Position numbers and translations under genes: made by a program. A stretch of 64,000 nt of DNA, from assembly GCA_964654465.1 (NCBI GenBank), contig CAZZIO010000035.1, positions 16,819-80,818 of the forward strand, written 5' to 3'. The stretch comes from an uncultured Dictyoglomota bacterium (GTDB lineage Bacteria > Dictyoglomota > Dictyoglomia > Dictyoglomales > Dictyoglomaceae). The notes beneath the pieces were generated by a model. The model was not told the origin of the DNA. It ran no database searches and saw only the letters and a program-made list of their open reading frames with translations. The first letter of the stretch is position 1, and the number at the start of each line of letters is the position of its first letter. Below are positions 21,240 through 30,378 of this stretch, piece by piece.

Positions 21240-21478
21240 AAGATTTAGATAGAATATTGCTAATAATCAGTATAGGCATATTTATAGTGATTCTCATATT
21301 TAGATTGATACCTTCAAAAACCGAAGAATATTCATCTATGGAAATAAAGAGTAAAGTAGAAAGGGATATTAATTTGGAGATTGAAGAGAAAAATACATAT
21401 ACAAATCCAATCAAAAAGGAGAATGAGAATCATAATAAAAGAGGTCCTTATCCTCCATTTGTGGAGTTTACCGAGTAA
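21236..21478 (+). CDS. Small membrane-anchored hypothetical protein (80 aa)
   Basis: ATGA overlap with the upstream stop; one N-terminal TM segment followed by a charged tail. Confidence 0.65.
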   Translation: MKDLDRILLIISIGIFIVILIFRLIPSKTEEYSSMEIKSKVERDINLEIEEKNTYTNPIKKENENHNKRGPYPPFVEFTE

Positions 21479-21495
21479 CCTTAGGGGGTGATGGT

Positions 21496-22056
21496 ATGAA
21501 AAATAAAAGAGAAAAAGGACAATCCTTAATTGGAGTGGTAATTTTTGCTATAATTTTGATGGTTCTTGTCTTAGGAGCAACAGGAGCAACAGTGTTAAGT
21601 TTTACCTTAAATAAAAGATTGAAAGATAGAGCTGAAGCTCAAGACATAGCTAAAAACATCATAGAAACAATTAAGGTTTGGTCTGGGAATAGTCTTGATA
21701 ACTTTTTATCTTTAAATGAAAATGAAAAGCAGAATGTCCAAGGGGCGATCCCAGCTATTCCAACAATATGTCCAGCTATTCCAGCTGATCCTTCAGGTGG
21801 TGATATGATCTATACACAATTCATGAGCATACCTCAAGTAAATGGATCTCCCAAATATGCTGTACAATTTTTAATTAAGGATTACTATCAACCTGGAACT
21901 TCCACAGTCATACTAAAGAGAATTACAATTAGGGTATATTACACAAAAAGAGATGGAAAAACTGATACCAGTTTCCACAAGCCAGGACCTGGAAGTCCAC
22001 CAAAAAGATATGAAAATCCATTAGCTGAAATTGTAGGAGTTATTTCAAGGCCATGA
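21496..22056 (+). CDS. Type IV minor pilin-like protein
   Basis: KG|QSLIGVVIFAIILMV prepilin-like N-terminus (Gly at +5); C-terminal KRITIRVYY strand. Confidence 0.75.
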   Translation: MKNKREKGQSLIGVVIFAIILMVLVLGATGATVLSFTLNKRLKDRAEAQDIAKNIIETIKVWSGNSLDNFLSLNENEKQNVQGAIPAIPTICPAIPADPSGGDMIYTQFMSIPQVNGSPKYAVQFLIKDYYQPGTSTVILKRITIRVYYTKRDGKTDTSFHKPGPGSPPKRYENPLAEIVGVISRP

Positions 22057-22814
22057 AACAAGGAATGTCTTTACCAGAATTAATAATATCAATTACCATT
22101 CTTTTTATAGTATTAGCTTCTGCTTTTAGTATGTGGTTTGCTATACAAAGGGATCTTATTGTTCAAAGGCTCGATAGAGAAATATTTGATCAACTATCTA
22201 CAGCAAAGTCTCAAATATTAGATTCGGTTCTGAAAAGTATTTTCATATATCCTCCTGATGTGAATATTGTTTTGAGGGATAATTCTCGTTTTAATTTGAA
22301 TATAAATGAAAAAGTATCCTATAATAAACTATTAACTATTTCACCCACATCAGGAGGATATTATTTAAATGCATATTTATCTGTACCAAGAAATCCTCAA
22401 GATGCATTGTTACCAAATTCAAGAATGCTCCTCTATTACAAAAAATTTATAAACTGGGCTCCTCAATATAATACTTTTACTTTAACTGTTGTAGAAACAG
22501 GAGGAACTAGAGTTATTAAACTTGCAAAAATAATTAATTATCCTACAAACATTACCTTTACTACTGGTGAAGGACCTAAGGTTATAGCTGATTATATAAT
22601 AAATAATGGATTTACAGTAAATTATTATGTTGTTGATGTAACATCAGCTTACACATATACAACCTATACAAACTCCATAACATCGAGAAGTATAAATATA
22701 CAACAAGTGGAAGTAACTATAAGAGCTCAAAGAAGATATCAAAATATCTACAGAAATAAGGAGATAAAATTTAAAGGTGCAGTCTTTTTAGAAGAACTTC
22801 CTATAGCTTATTAA
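22053..22814 (+). CDS. Type IV minor pilin (PilW/J-like)
   Basis: QG|MSLPELIISITIL with Glu5; C-terminal IQQVEVTIRA. Confidence 0.8.
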   Translation: MKQGMSLPELIISITILFIVLASAFSMWFAIQRDLIVQRLDREIFDQLSTAKSQILDSVLKSIFIYPPDVNIVLRDNSRFNLNINEKVSYNKLLTISPTSGGYYLNAYLSVPRNPQDALLPNSRMLLYYKKFINWAPQYNTFTLTVVETGGTRVIKLAKIINYPTNITFTTGEGPKVIADYIINNGFTVNYYVVDVTSAYTYTTYTNSITSRSINIQQVEVTIRAQRRYQNIYRNKEIKFKGAVFLEELPIAY

Positions 22815-23341
22815 ATTCTCATTTTTAATTTATAAGAAATATTTCCTTTCCTTAATATTACCTCTCCTTTTTCCACATCTATATTATAAATCTTATATCC
22901 ATCTATTTGATTTCCTTTCTCTAAAATTGTGCCTTTATCTTCTCCTACTTTTTCAAGAATGACTAATTCTTTTTCTTCTCCTTTTAAAATACCTTTAAGC
23001 TCATATGGAAACTTATCCTCAGAAGATTCTTTCTCCTCTACAAAAAGATTATTAATAGTTTTTATATTTTGACTTGTAGTTGTATTTTTTTCTTCCTTTA
23101 CTTTTACAAGAGGAGCGAAAGGATCATCTCTCCCTAATACTAATTTATAGCTTTTTAATGGTTTTATATCAGGTAGTTTTATATTAACATTTTTGTCTGT
23201 TTCCAAGGAAGCTTTTTTCACATTTACAATTTCTATATAATCTTCCTTAGATATTATCCTATCTACATTTAACACTAAATATGTATTTAAACCCATGGAT
23301 ATTATTAATAATGATCCTAAAAAATATTCTAATTTAGTCAC
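22811..23341 (-). CDS. PilP/GspC-like pilus assembly protein
   Basis: N-terminal TM, GRDDPFAPL, beta-rich ELKGIL..LVILE..GNQIDGYKI domain; follows PilO. Confidence 0.65.
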   Translation of the reverse strand: MTKLEYFLGSLLIISMGLNTYLVLNVDRIISKEDYIEIVNVKKASLETDKNVNIKLPDIKPLKSYKLVLGRDDPFAPLVKVKEEKNTTTSQNIKTINNLFVEEKESSEDKFPYELKGILKGEEKELVILEKVGEDKGTILEKGNQIDGYKIYNIDVEKGEVILRKGNISYKLKMRI

Positions 23342-23890
23342 TTATTCCTCTCCTCCTTTAAGAATATATATATCAAAGGATGTATATAAGATAAGGTTAC
23401 CATTTTCATTATTTGTTAATTGTATTTGGGTAAAACTTATAGGATAGTTCTGGTTATAAAGATTTCTAAAGAAATCTAAAAATTGATTATAGCTTCCTAC
23501 TAATCTTAATTCTATAGGTAGTTTTTGCATTTTTAGTGGAAAATTTTCTGGTAAATCTTTCACATCTTCCATATCCCCTGGTTTTATTTCAAAAGATTTT
23601 ATATTATTTTTCTTTATTACTATACTTAAATCTTTATAAAAGATAGGGATCTCATCCTCTCTTAGAAAAAGAAAATTTCTATCAGCAAAAATCAATTTCT
23701 TCCTCTCCTCTATTTTATTTAATGTATCCCTAAGAATAGTTAAACTCTCAATAGTATTCTCTAACTCTAATCTCTTATTTCTATAAAGGTTCACCAGTTT
23801 ATTAACCTGACTATATTTAGGCATTATAAAAAGGATTAAGCCTAAGAGAAATATTAATAAAAAAATAAAAATATGAATTTTCTCTCTCAT
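23342..23890 (-). CDS. pilO: PilO-like protein
   Basis: TM, coiled coil, then LPIELRLVGSYNQFLDFFRNL. Confidence 0.8.
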   Translation of the reverse strand: MREKIHIFIFLLIFLLGLILFIMPKYSQVNKLVNLYRNKRLELENTIESLTILRDTLNKIEERKKLIFADRNFLFLREDEIPIFYKDLSIVIKKNNIKSFEIKPGDMEDVKDLPENFPLKMQKLPIELRLVGSYNQFLDFFRNLYNQNYPISFTQIQLTNNENGNLILYTSFDIYILKGGEE

Positions 23891-25272
23891 TTTATATAGC
23901 CTATCATTCTAAATTTTTGAACAGGTTTATCTCCAACAATCTCTAAAACTGAACTTTCCAATTTTATGTTTTTAACTCTTTCATATTGAGATAAAGCAAG
24001 CATTAAATCTGCTACTCCTTCGGTATCAAGACTATATCCCTCAATAATAATTTTTCTATCTAAGCCAATCTGAAAATTTGTAAGCCAACAACTTCTTGGA
24101 ACAAAATTTTTAAGATCGGAAAGAAACAGAAAAGGTAACGCAACAGATGATCTTTCGTCAAGCCATCCTTCTAAGGTTTGCAACAACAAATTGCCATCAT
24201 CCACTTGTTTTCTTAAATTAAAAATCTGATCATTATATTTTGCTATCTCTTGACTCAAACTTTGTATTCTTCTATTTAAATCTCTAATTCTAAGATCCAA
24301 ATAGAAATTCAAGGGAAATAGTAAAGATAAAGATAAAAGCAGAGATAATAAAGAACGGGTAATGAGCTCTCTATCAATATCTATTTTCGACCTTATAAAA
24401 TTGAGATCTGGTACAATCTTCTCTCTATAAAGAATTGAGCCTAAGAGGGGTAAACTTGTCTCTTGTATTAAGCTGGCTTTGAAAGTTAATGATAAATTTT
24501 CCAACAGATTAACTCCTATATTTAAAAACTTATCATCTTCTCCTACAATAACCACAGATTTTTCTTCTATGTCATATAAACCACTATTTAAATAGGTGAT
24601 CATTTCTTCTTTCCAACTTATATAGGCTGGATCTATATCTAAGGAATCTAAGTTTGTAAAATCATTGATACCAACACTTAAATTTATAAAGGAAAATAAT
24701 CTTCTATTATTCAAAAATATGAGATCAGTAGTATCATTTCCAATGAATATAACAGAGGCAATATTTTCCTTTTGTGTGTATAATAGATATCTAAAAATTG
24801 TTAAAGAGGTTGGCTCAAAACGAATAAGAGATATTTTATTATTTTCAAAAATATCTTTAAAAGAATTTATTATAACCCTTGGTAAAGTTGCAACAATAAG
24901 TTTTACTTTATCTTTATCATCCAATATGGGAGAAAGGGATATAGAATAATTATCTAAACTTATACCTTGAGATTCTTCTAAATCATCCAGAATATAGGTT
25001 TCAAGCTCCTTAACAGACATCTTTGGATACTCTACGATCCTCATCATTATATCTTTATTCTCAAAAGAAACAACCGCATTATTATCTTTAATTTTATTCT
25101 TCTTTAAAAATTCATTTAATGTTTTCTTTATCTCTTCTACATCTTTTTTTCTATTCCAGAAATCTCCTTTTGGTATTTCGAAGGTAAATTTATTTTTTAA
25201 TTCAACTTTTTTACCTTTAATATTTACTTGCCCTATATTTAACTTTCCATCAATCCAATGAATAGACAACAT
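23887..25272 (-). CDS. Fused PilM-PilN protein
   Basis: N-terminal PilM-like region (IMMRIVEYPKMS..EL, VIFIGNDTTDL), TM, coiled coil and PilN domain (LKNFVPRSCWLTNF..IIIEGYSLD..VADLMLAL). Confidence 0.75.
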   Translation of the reverse strand: MLSIHWIDGKLNIGQVNIKGKKVELKNKFTFEIPKGDFWNRKKDVEEIKKTLNEFLKKNKIKDNNAVVSFENKDIMMRIVEYPKMSVKELETYILDDLEESQGISLDNYSISLSPILDDKDKVKLIVATLPRVIINSFKDIFENNKISLIRFEPTSLTIFRYLLYTQKENIASVIFIGNDTTDLIFLNNRRLFSFINLSVGINDFTNLDSLDIDPAYISWKEEMITYLNSGLYDIEEKSVVIVGEDDKFLNIGVNLLENLSLTFKASLIQETSLPLLGSILYREKIVPDLNFIRSKIDIDRELITRSLLSLLLSLSLLFPLNFYLDLRIRDLNRRIQSLSQEIAKYNDQIFNLRKQVDDGNLLLQTLEGWLDERSSVALPFLFLSDLKNFVPRSCWLTNFQIGLDRKIIIEGYSLDTEGVADLMLALSQYERVKNIKLESSVLEIVGDKPVQKFRMIGYIK

Positions 25273-25273
25273 A

Positions 25274-25705
25274 TCATTCCTCTGTCCACTTATTTATAGT
25301 AAGAGAATATGGAGCAGAAGTCCCAGTTCTTACTCCTTCTATATTTAAGGCTCTTGTATAAATGTAACTTTCTCCTGTATATACCGATTCAACTTGGGCT
25401 GTTGCAGAAATAACAAATGAATTTTCTGTACTATTATAATTATATTCCAATTTTGCAGTCCCCCAAAAGCCTGTAAAGGAAAAGGTATAAGTATTAGCAA
25501 AATAAGCTGATGGATTTACTAGCCATGTTAAACTATAAATAGCTATCTCAGCTACTCCTTCTGCAAGATATAACGCTTGTTTTTCTCCTATTTGGGCAGA
25601 AATACTTTTAATATTCCCCTCCCACATAGATATAACTCCACTTATTACTAAGCTAAGTATAGCAAAAACCAATAAAACTGCAACTAAAATTTGTCCTTTT
25701 CTCAT
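25274..25705 (-). CDS. PilX/K-like minor pilin
   Basis: KG|QILVAVLLVFAIL without Glu5; QALYLAEGVAE motif typical of the PilX N-terminus. Confidence 0.75.
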   Translation of the reverse strand: MRKGQILVAVLLVFAILSLVISGVISMWEGNIKSISAQIGEKQALYLAEGVAEIAIYSLTWLVNPSAYFANTYTFSFTGFWGTAKLEYNYNSTENSFVISATAQVESVYTGESYIYTRALNIEGVRTGTSAPYSLTINKWTEE

Positions 25706-27333
25706 GGCATTATTGAATTTTTAGAAGCTGGTGTACAATAAGAATAATAATGATAATAGTATATAATTGAGCCAATTTTCCTTAGTCTTAAGAAATAATA
25801 ATTTAGTATATTACTACTTTCCCAATTGGCAGGATCTTGAGAATTTCCAAAAATATGTTTTCTTTCTAAAGAATAGTGATAATAATAGTAATTAGGAGGT
25901 TGAGACAAATATACTCTGTAACCACCCCAGGTTAAAGAATAACTTACTTGATCTACTATATTATTATAATTATCTCTTAATACCACATTGCCAGAGTTAT
26001 TTGGTAAAAGGGATGTGCCCCCTCCAAGACCCGAATTTCGCGTTCTTATGTAAGTATAAGATCCTGGAATATTATAGGACGTATTGAGAGTTGAATTACT
26101 TCCACCAATTATTGCATATCCATTGGGAGGAATATTCCATGATCCTACCACAACAGTATTAAATCTATTATTATTTATACTCCAGTTTTGAATATTTATA
26201 GTTTGGGTTGTAGGATTATATAATTCAATAAATTCCATATTTCTTTCTCCTCTATTATTACCACTCCTATCAAATGTTGGAGGATAATACATTACTTCAT
26301 TAATAATCAATCTCGGAATTAAGCAGTAAACGTACAAGCTTGAAGTATAATAATTTAAACAAAGACTATTTCTCCAATTTGACGGATCATTGGAGGGAGC
26401 TGATATAGATTTACGAAGAAGAGAATAATAATTATTACCCGATGGATAACCACCCCAAGTATAGGAATAATCTACTTGATCAATTACATTTTGCCTATCA
26501 TCCTCTATAACAACAGATCCATAATTATCAGGCATCTCCCCATTTGCAGAGTAAAGACCTCTTTGCTGTGTTTTCAAATATAAATAGGAAGATGGAAGAT
26601 TGTAAAAATTAGTTAAATTTGAATCTTTTCCTCCTATAATAGCATAATTACCAGGTGTTAATAAAAAGCTTCCTGAAGGACTGTCAAAAATTCTTGTAGT
26701 TCTATTAACTCTCCAACCATATAAGTTTACAGTATAAGTTGTTCCATTATACAGAACAATAAATTCCATATCTCTTTCATCTTGAGAATTTCCATTTTTA
26801 TCAAGACTTGCAGGATAATACATAATCTCAGTAATGAATATACCTGATAACTGTGGTTGGACTTGAGTTCTTAAAGATACCAAAGTCATATGTTTTTCAT
26901 TATTGTCCATGACAAGTGTAATTGATAGAGTTCTTATAGTAGATGTCAATGTGGTGTAGGTACCATTAAAATCATATCCAATAAACCTAAGCTCTTTTAT
27001 TGGACCCGCTTGAATCTCCCCATCAACAGTAAAATAATATTTTCCATTATATAATGTGTAGGAGAAACTTCTTATATCTCCTGTACAAAGCTGAATGGAA
27101 AGTTTACCAAGGGTATCAGTAGCAGAACTTATATCTAACACTTGAGATCCTTGTCTTATCTCTCTTGTTAATCTATCGAGAATTATTTGGGCATTTGAGA
27201 ATATTTCTTGAGATTCTTGTTTTCTACCAAAAAGATCTATGGTTCCTATAAGAACATTGGCAAGAAGAAGAGCAATCATTCCTAATATTAAAACACCTAT
27301 AATCACTTCAATTAGGGTTAAGCCATTCCTCAT
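25702..27333 (-). CDS. Minor pilin (PilW/J-like) fused to two tandem lamin-tail-like domains
   Basis: NG|LTLIEVII prepilin start; repeats IFITEIMYYP..MEFIVLYN..VNLYGW and LIINEVMYYP..MEFIELYNP..INIQNW, each ending IDQV/VDQV.Y..TWGGY..YSL.RK. Confidence 0.82.
   Translation of the reverse strand: MRNGLTLIEVIIGVLILGMIALLLANVLIGTIDLFGRKQESQEIFSNAQIILDRLTREIRQGSQVLDISSATDTLGKLSIQLCTGDIRSFSYTLYNGKYYFTVDGEIQAGPIKELRFIGYDFNGTYTTLTSTIRTLSITLVMDNNEKHMTLVSLRTQVQPQLSGIFITEIMYYPASLDKNGNSQDERDMEFIVLYNGTTYTVNLYGWRVNRTTRIFDSPSGSFLLTPGNYAIIGGKDSNLTNFYNLPSSYLYLKTQQRGLYSANGEMPDNYGSVVIEDDRQNVIDQVDYSYTWGGYPSGNNYYSLLRKSISAPSNDPSNWRNSLCLNYYTSSLYVYCLIPRLIINEVMYYPPTFDRSGNNRGERNMEFIELYNPTTQTINIQNWSINNNRFNTVVVGSWNIPPNGYAIIGGSNSTLNTSYNIPGSYTYIRTRNSGLGGGTSLLPNNSGNVVLRDNYNNIVDQVSYSLTWGGYRVYLSQPPNYYYYHYSLERKHIFGNSQDPANWESSNILNYYFLRLRKIGSIIYYYHYYSYCTPASKNSIMP
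25720..26845 (-). repeat. Internal tandem duplication of about 176 codons (two LTD-like units)
   Basis: Similar nucleotide blocks ACCACCCCAGGTTAAAGAATAACTTACTTGATC (~25921) and ACCACCCCAAGTATAGGAATAATCTACTTGATC (~26449), about 528 nt apart. Confidence 0.8.
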
Positions 27334-27335
27334 TA

Positions 27336-27722
27336 TTATCTCCTTCTTGATATTAAACTAACAAGAACTGCTTTACCCTCAAAATTATCTAATGTATTGT
27401 TATTATTTGCATCATTCCAAACTGTAATTGTAAATTGTCTTAGTGAATTTGTAATGTTTGTAATGCTTATTGTATAAAGATAGCTTGTATATCCAATACT
27501 AGCAAAATTTCCAGAAATGGGAAAAGAAGCTGTCCAATTGGCTAAAATAGTTTTTCTATAATCTTCTATAACTCTTTCAGATAATTCTAAGCATGTACTT
27601 TCAATTTTTTCCATATCATCCTCATTTAAAATATGGTATAACCCAACTCCAAAGGATGCCATAAATATTCCTAAAATAAGTATTGATATCAAAACTTCTA
27701 AGAAGGTAAAACCTCTTTTCAT
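27336..27722 (-). CDS. Minor pilin (PilV/I-like)
   Basis: RG|FTFLEVLISILILG; LRQFTITVW. Confidence 0.85.
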   Translation of the reverse strand: MKRGFTFLEVLISILILGIFMASFGVGLYHILNEDDMEKIESTCLELSERVIEDYRKTILANWTASFPISGNFASIGYTSYLYTISITNITNSLRQFTITVWNDANNNNTLDNFEGKAVLVSLISRRR

Positions 27723-28153
27723 AAACCTTCCACTTCAATAAAACCTAAGGAATTTATCCTTATAGTAGAAGTATAATTATCAATTATTAATGTTAAAATG
27801 GCATAAGTTTCTGTATAATCAGCTGTAAAATTGCCATCTCTATCAAAGGAAAATAAAGTAGCAGTTGTATTTACAGAAATATTATTAAAAAATCTTGTTA
27901 CAATCTTTCCCTTATCATCAAGGAAGGTATAGGAAGTATATGCCTGAGGTGAGATTATTAATATCCAGTCAGTTTTATTAATTATTGCTCTTTGTCTTAT
28001 ATATCTTATATCCTGAATAAATTGATTTGTAGTATTCTGTAATAATATTTTAGAGTCCGGTTTACTCAATATAGAGTTATATGTAATCCATAAAAGGATT
28101 CCTAAGATGGATATTACTACTATAACCTCTAAGAATGAAAACCCCTTTTTCAT
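27719..28153 (-). CDS. Minor pilin (FimT/GspH-like)
   Basis: KG|FSFLEVIVVISILG; QDIRYIRQRAI, FSFDRDG, IRINSLGFI. Confidence 0.85.
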   Translation of the reverse strand: MKKGFSFLEVIVVISILGILLWITYNSILSKPDSKILLQNTTNQFIQDIRYIRQRAIINKTDWILIISPQAYTSYTFLDDKGKIVTRFFNNISVNTTATLFSFDRDGNFTADYTETYAILTLIIDNYTSTIRINSLGFIEVEGL

Positions 28154-28159
28154 GTTTTT

Positions 28160-28189
28160 ATTTTATCAAATCTTTAAAAGTTTTTACAA
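28160..28189 (-). promoter_or_regulatory. Promoter for the minus-strand minor pilin-pilMNOP operon, probably leaderless
   Basis: TTGTAA-N18-TAAAAT with extended TG; only 6 nt between the -10 and ATG 28153; no SD. Confidence 0.55.
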
Positions 28190-28195
28190 GAAGTT

Positions 28196-28651
28196 TTAAA
28201 AACTCACCTTTCCATTTTTATAAAACTTTATAACTCTCTTTGTAAAAAATGTTGAAAGTGATATTTCACCTTCTGGATATATATTTCCATTTTCAAAATA
28301 AAAAGTATAAGTCCCTTTTGGGCTATATGCTCTTATACCTGAGGGAATAAGATGAGGAGAAAGATATATTTTTTTTGTTTTTTCCCCATACATCCAATAA
28401 AATTGAATAGAATTTGTCTTAGAAGAGTAATAAAAATCAAAGACTACTTTTTCATTTTTTAAAACTGAAAGCTGTAGAGCATAGTTTGCATTTATTACTA
28501 TCTCATGGGAAATTATAAATGCTTGTACCCCTAACCAAAAAAATATATTAAAAAACATATAAAGAAGAATTAATAAAATACATGTAAGAAGAGTATATAA
28601 TAATGGACTTATAATTTTTTTAAGCTTTAAGATATTAAAAAGTTTCTTCAT
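28196..28651 (-). CDS. Hypothetical membrane protein, possibly a degenerate FimT/GspH-like pilin
   Basis: N-terminal hydrophobic helix; C-terminal FYFENGNIYPEGEISL...VIKFYKNGKV; no Gly|Phe cleavage motif. Confidence 0.55.
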   Translation of the reverse strand: MKKLFNILKLKKIISPLLYTLLTCILLILLYMFFNIFFWLGVQAFIISHEIVINANYALQLSVLKNEKVVFDFYYSSKTNSIQFYWMYGEKTKKIYLSPHLIPSGIRAYSPKGTYTFYFENGNIYPEGEISLSTFFTKRVIKFYKNGKVSF

Positions 28652-28659
28652 TTATTAAC

Positions 28660-28687
28660 AAAAAGCCCCGAAGACAAGCTTCGGGGC
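28660..28687 (-). terminator. Rho-independent terminator after the major pilin gene
   Basis: 9-bp stem GCCCCGAAG/CTTCGGGGC followed by TTTTT on the minus strand. Confidence 0.85.
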
Positions 28688-28705
28688 ATAAATATAGTTA
28701 CAAAA

Positions 28706-29089
28706 CTATGGAGATGTATAAGATAAAGTATAGGATTTTGCTGAACCTTGATAAACTAATATATGAGCATTACTCTCATCCCAAGTAGCAGGTGCAGATC
28801 CTTGAGAAGTATATGTTTGCCCATTATACGGACATACTGGTGTTTCTGAGAAGTAGTTAGGATCTTTTAAGAAATTAACAAATGTCTGTGTATCTGTTGG
28901 ATATGTGTTATTTTTGTTCCTATAATATTCTAAGCTCGTTCTTATTATTGCTATATTTGTTCTCTGAGCATTTCTTTTGGCATCTGCTACCGCATCAAAA
29001 TATCTTGGTAATGCGATAGCTATAAGGATTCCAAGAATAGCTACTACAACTAAAAGCTCTAACAAGGAGAAACCTTTACTATTTTTCAA
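28706..29089 (-). CDS. Probable major type IV pilin
   Basis: KG|FSLLELLVVVAILGILIAIALPRY; TTG start after SD AGGAGGTGA; own upstream TGaTATAAT and own terminator, as expected for a highly expressed subunit. Confidence 0.85.
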   Translation of the reverse strand: MKNSKGFSLLELLVVVAILGILIAIALPRYFDAVADAKRNAQRTNIAIIRTSLEYYRNKNNTYPTDTQTFVNFLKDPNYFSETPVCPYNGQTYTSQGSAPATWDESNAHILVYQGSAKSYTLSYTSP

Positions 29090-29174
29090 ATAACTCACCT
29101 CCTTTCCCAAAATTTAAAAATTATTATCTTTACTAAATTATATCACAAATTTATCATATACCAAGTATTAATTC

Positions 29175-30377
29175 CTACCTTCTAAAAAGTCTTACCATAT
29201 TAAACATTGGGAGATACATTGATATAACAATGAAGAAAACTACAATACCTAAAAACAATGTTAATGCAGGTTCTATTAGAGAGGTTATTCTTTTTGTTCC
29301 AATCTCTATCTCTCTTTGGGAAAATCTACTATATTCTTCTAGCATAGAATCCAATCTTCCACTCCTCTCCCCTACTGCTATCATTTGCTTTAAAAGAGGG
29401 GTAAATACATTCTCATCAATAAGCTCTGATAAATTTCTTCCCTCCAAAACCCCAGAAAGGATTTTTCTAAGATTCTCTGAGAAATATAGATTTCCCATTA
29501 CGTCTTCAAGGATTTCCAAAGATTGGGTTATTAATATTCCACCTGTTATAAGTACATAAAAGGTACTAGTAAATCTATTAAGTAACACTTTTCGCCACAG
29601 ATTGCCTATTTTAGGAATATTCAGTTTAAACTCATCCCACCATCTTTTTATCTTTTTAATTTTTAGGGCTTGTTTTATTCCAATAATAATCAAAAAAAAC
29701 AAGATAAAAATAATAAATAGATTTTTCTTAACAAAATCTCCTAATAATATAGTAATCCTTGTGGGAAGAGGAAGAGGTACATTAGTTCTCCCATAGATTC
29801 TTTGAAAAGTAGGCACTACAAAAGTTAGCATAAATATTACAACCAAGATTGCAGCAACCATAACTATTATAGGGTAAGTAGTAACTGATTTTATTCTTTC
29901 CCTTAATTCATGTTGTTCATCAAAATACCTTGAAAGTCTCTCCAACATAATATCAAGACTTCCTGTAATTTCACCCGTTCTCACTAAGCTTATAAATATT
30001 TTGGGAAATACATTAGGATATTTAGAAAGAGCCTCTGATAGACTCAATCCAGAATCAACACTTTTTCTTACATCATTAAGTATATCTCTAAAATAAGGAT
30101 TGTTGGTTTGAGATGATAAAGTTGTAAGACATTCTGTAAGAATAATTCCAGATCTTAAAAGAGTTGCAAATTGGGATGTGAATAAAACAAGCTCTGGAAG
30201 AGTAACTTTCTTTTTATAGGTTAAAGTTTTCCATAATGAGGATTCTTTTTTTAAGGATATTACATATAATTTCCTTAATTTTAGAATTCTTCTTGCTTCT
30301 CTTTCATTGGTTGCTTCAATTATACCTTTATATCTTCTTCCCTCAAGATCTCTTGCCACATATCTATAGGAGGGCAA
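29175..30377 (-). CDS. pilC: Type IV pilus platform protein PilC/GspF
   Basis: Two T2SSF repeats: QFATLLRSGI..GEITGSLD..YP and VGERSGRLDSML..LIEP..MYLPMF. Confidence 0.93.
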   Translation of the reverse strand: MPSYRYVARDLEGRRYKGIIEATNEREARRILKLRKLYVISLKKESSLWKTLTYKKKVTLPELVLFTSQFATLLRSGIILTECLTTLSSQTNNPYFRDILNDVRKSVDSGLSLSEALSKYPNVFPKIFISLVRTGEITGSLDIMLERLSRYFDEQHELRERIKSVTTYPIIVMVAAILVVIFMLTFVVPTFQRIYGRTNVPLPLPTRITILLGDFVKKNLFIIFILFFLIIIGIKQALKIKKIKRWWDEFKLNIPKIGNLWRKVLLNRFTSTFYVLITGGILITQSLEILEDVMGNLYFSENLRKILSGVLEGRNLSELIDENVFTPLLKQMIAVGERSGRLDSMLEEYSRFSQREIEIGTKRITSLIEPALTLFLGIVVFFIVISMYLPMFNMVRLFRR

Positions 30378-30378
30378 A

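Noticed and set aside
21752-21784. Short direct repeat CCAGCTATTCCA (PAIP twice) in a minor pilin
   Set aside because: Two copies of an in-frame Pro-rich motif; not a phase-variable tract or CRISPR
19396-22814. Plus-strand pilin cluster as an invertible cassette or Xer-integrated element
   Set aside because: I found no flanking inverted repeats, second dif-like site or recombinase gene by eye; a dot-plot would be needed to exclude it fully
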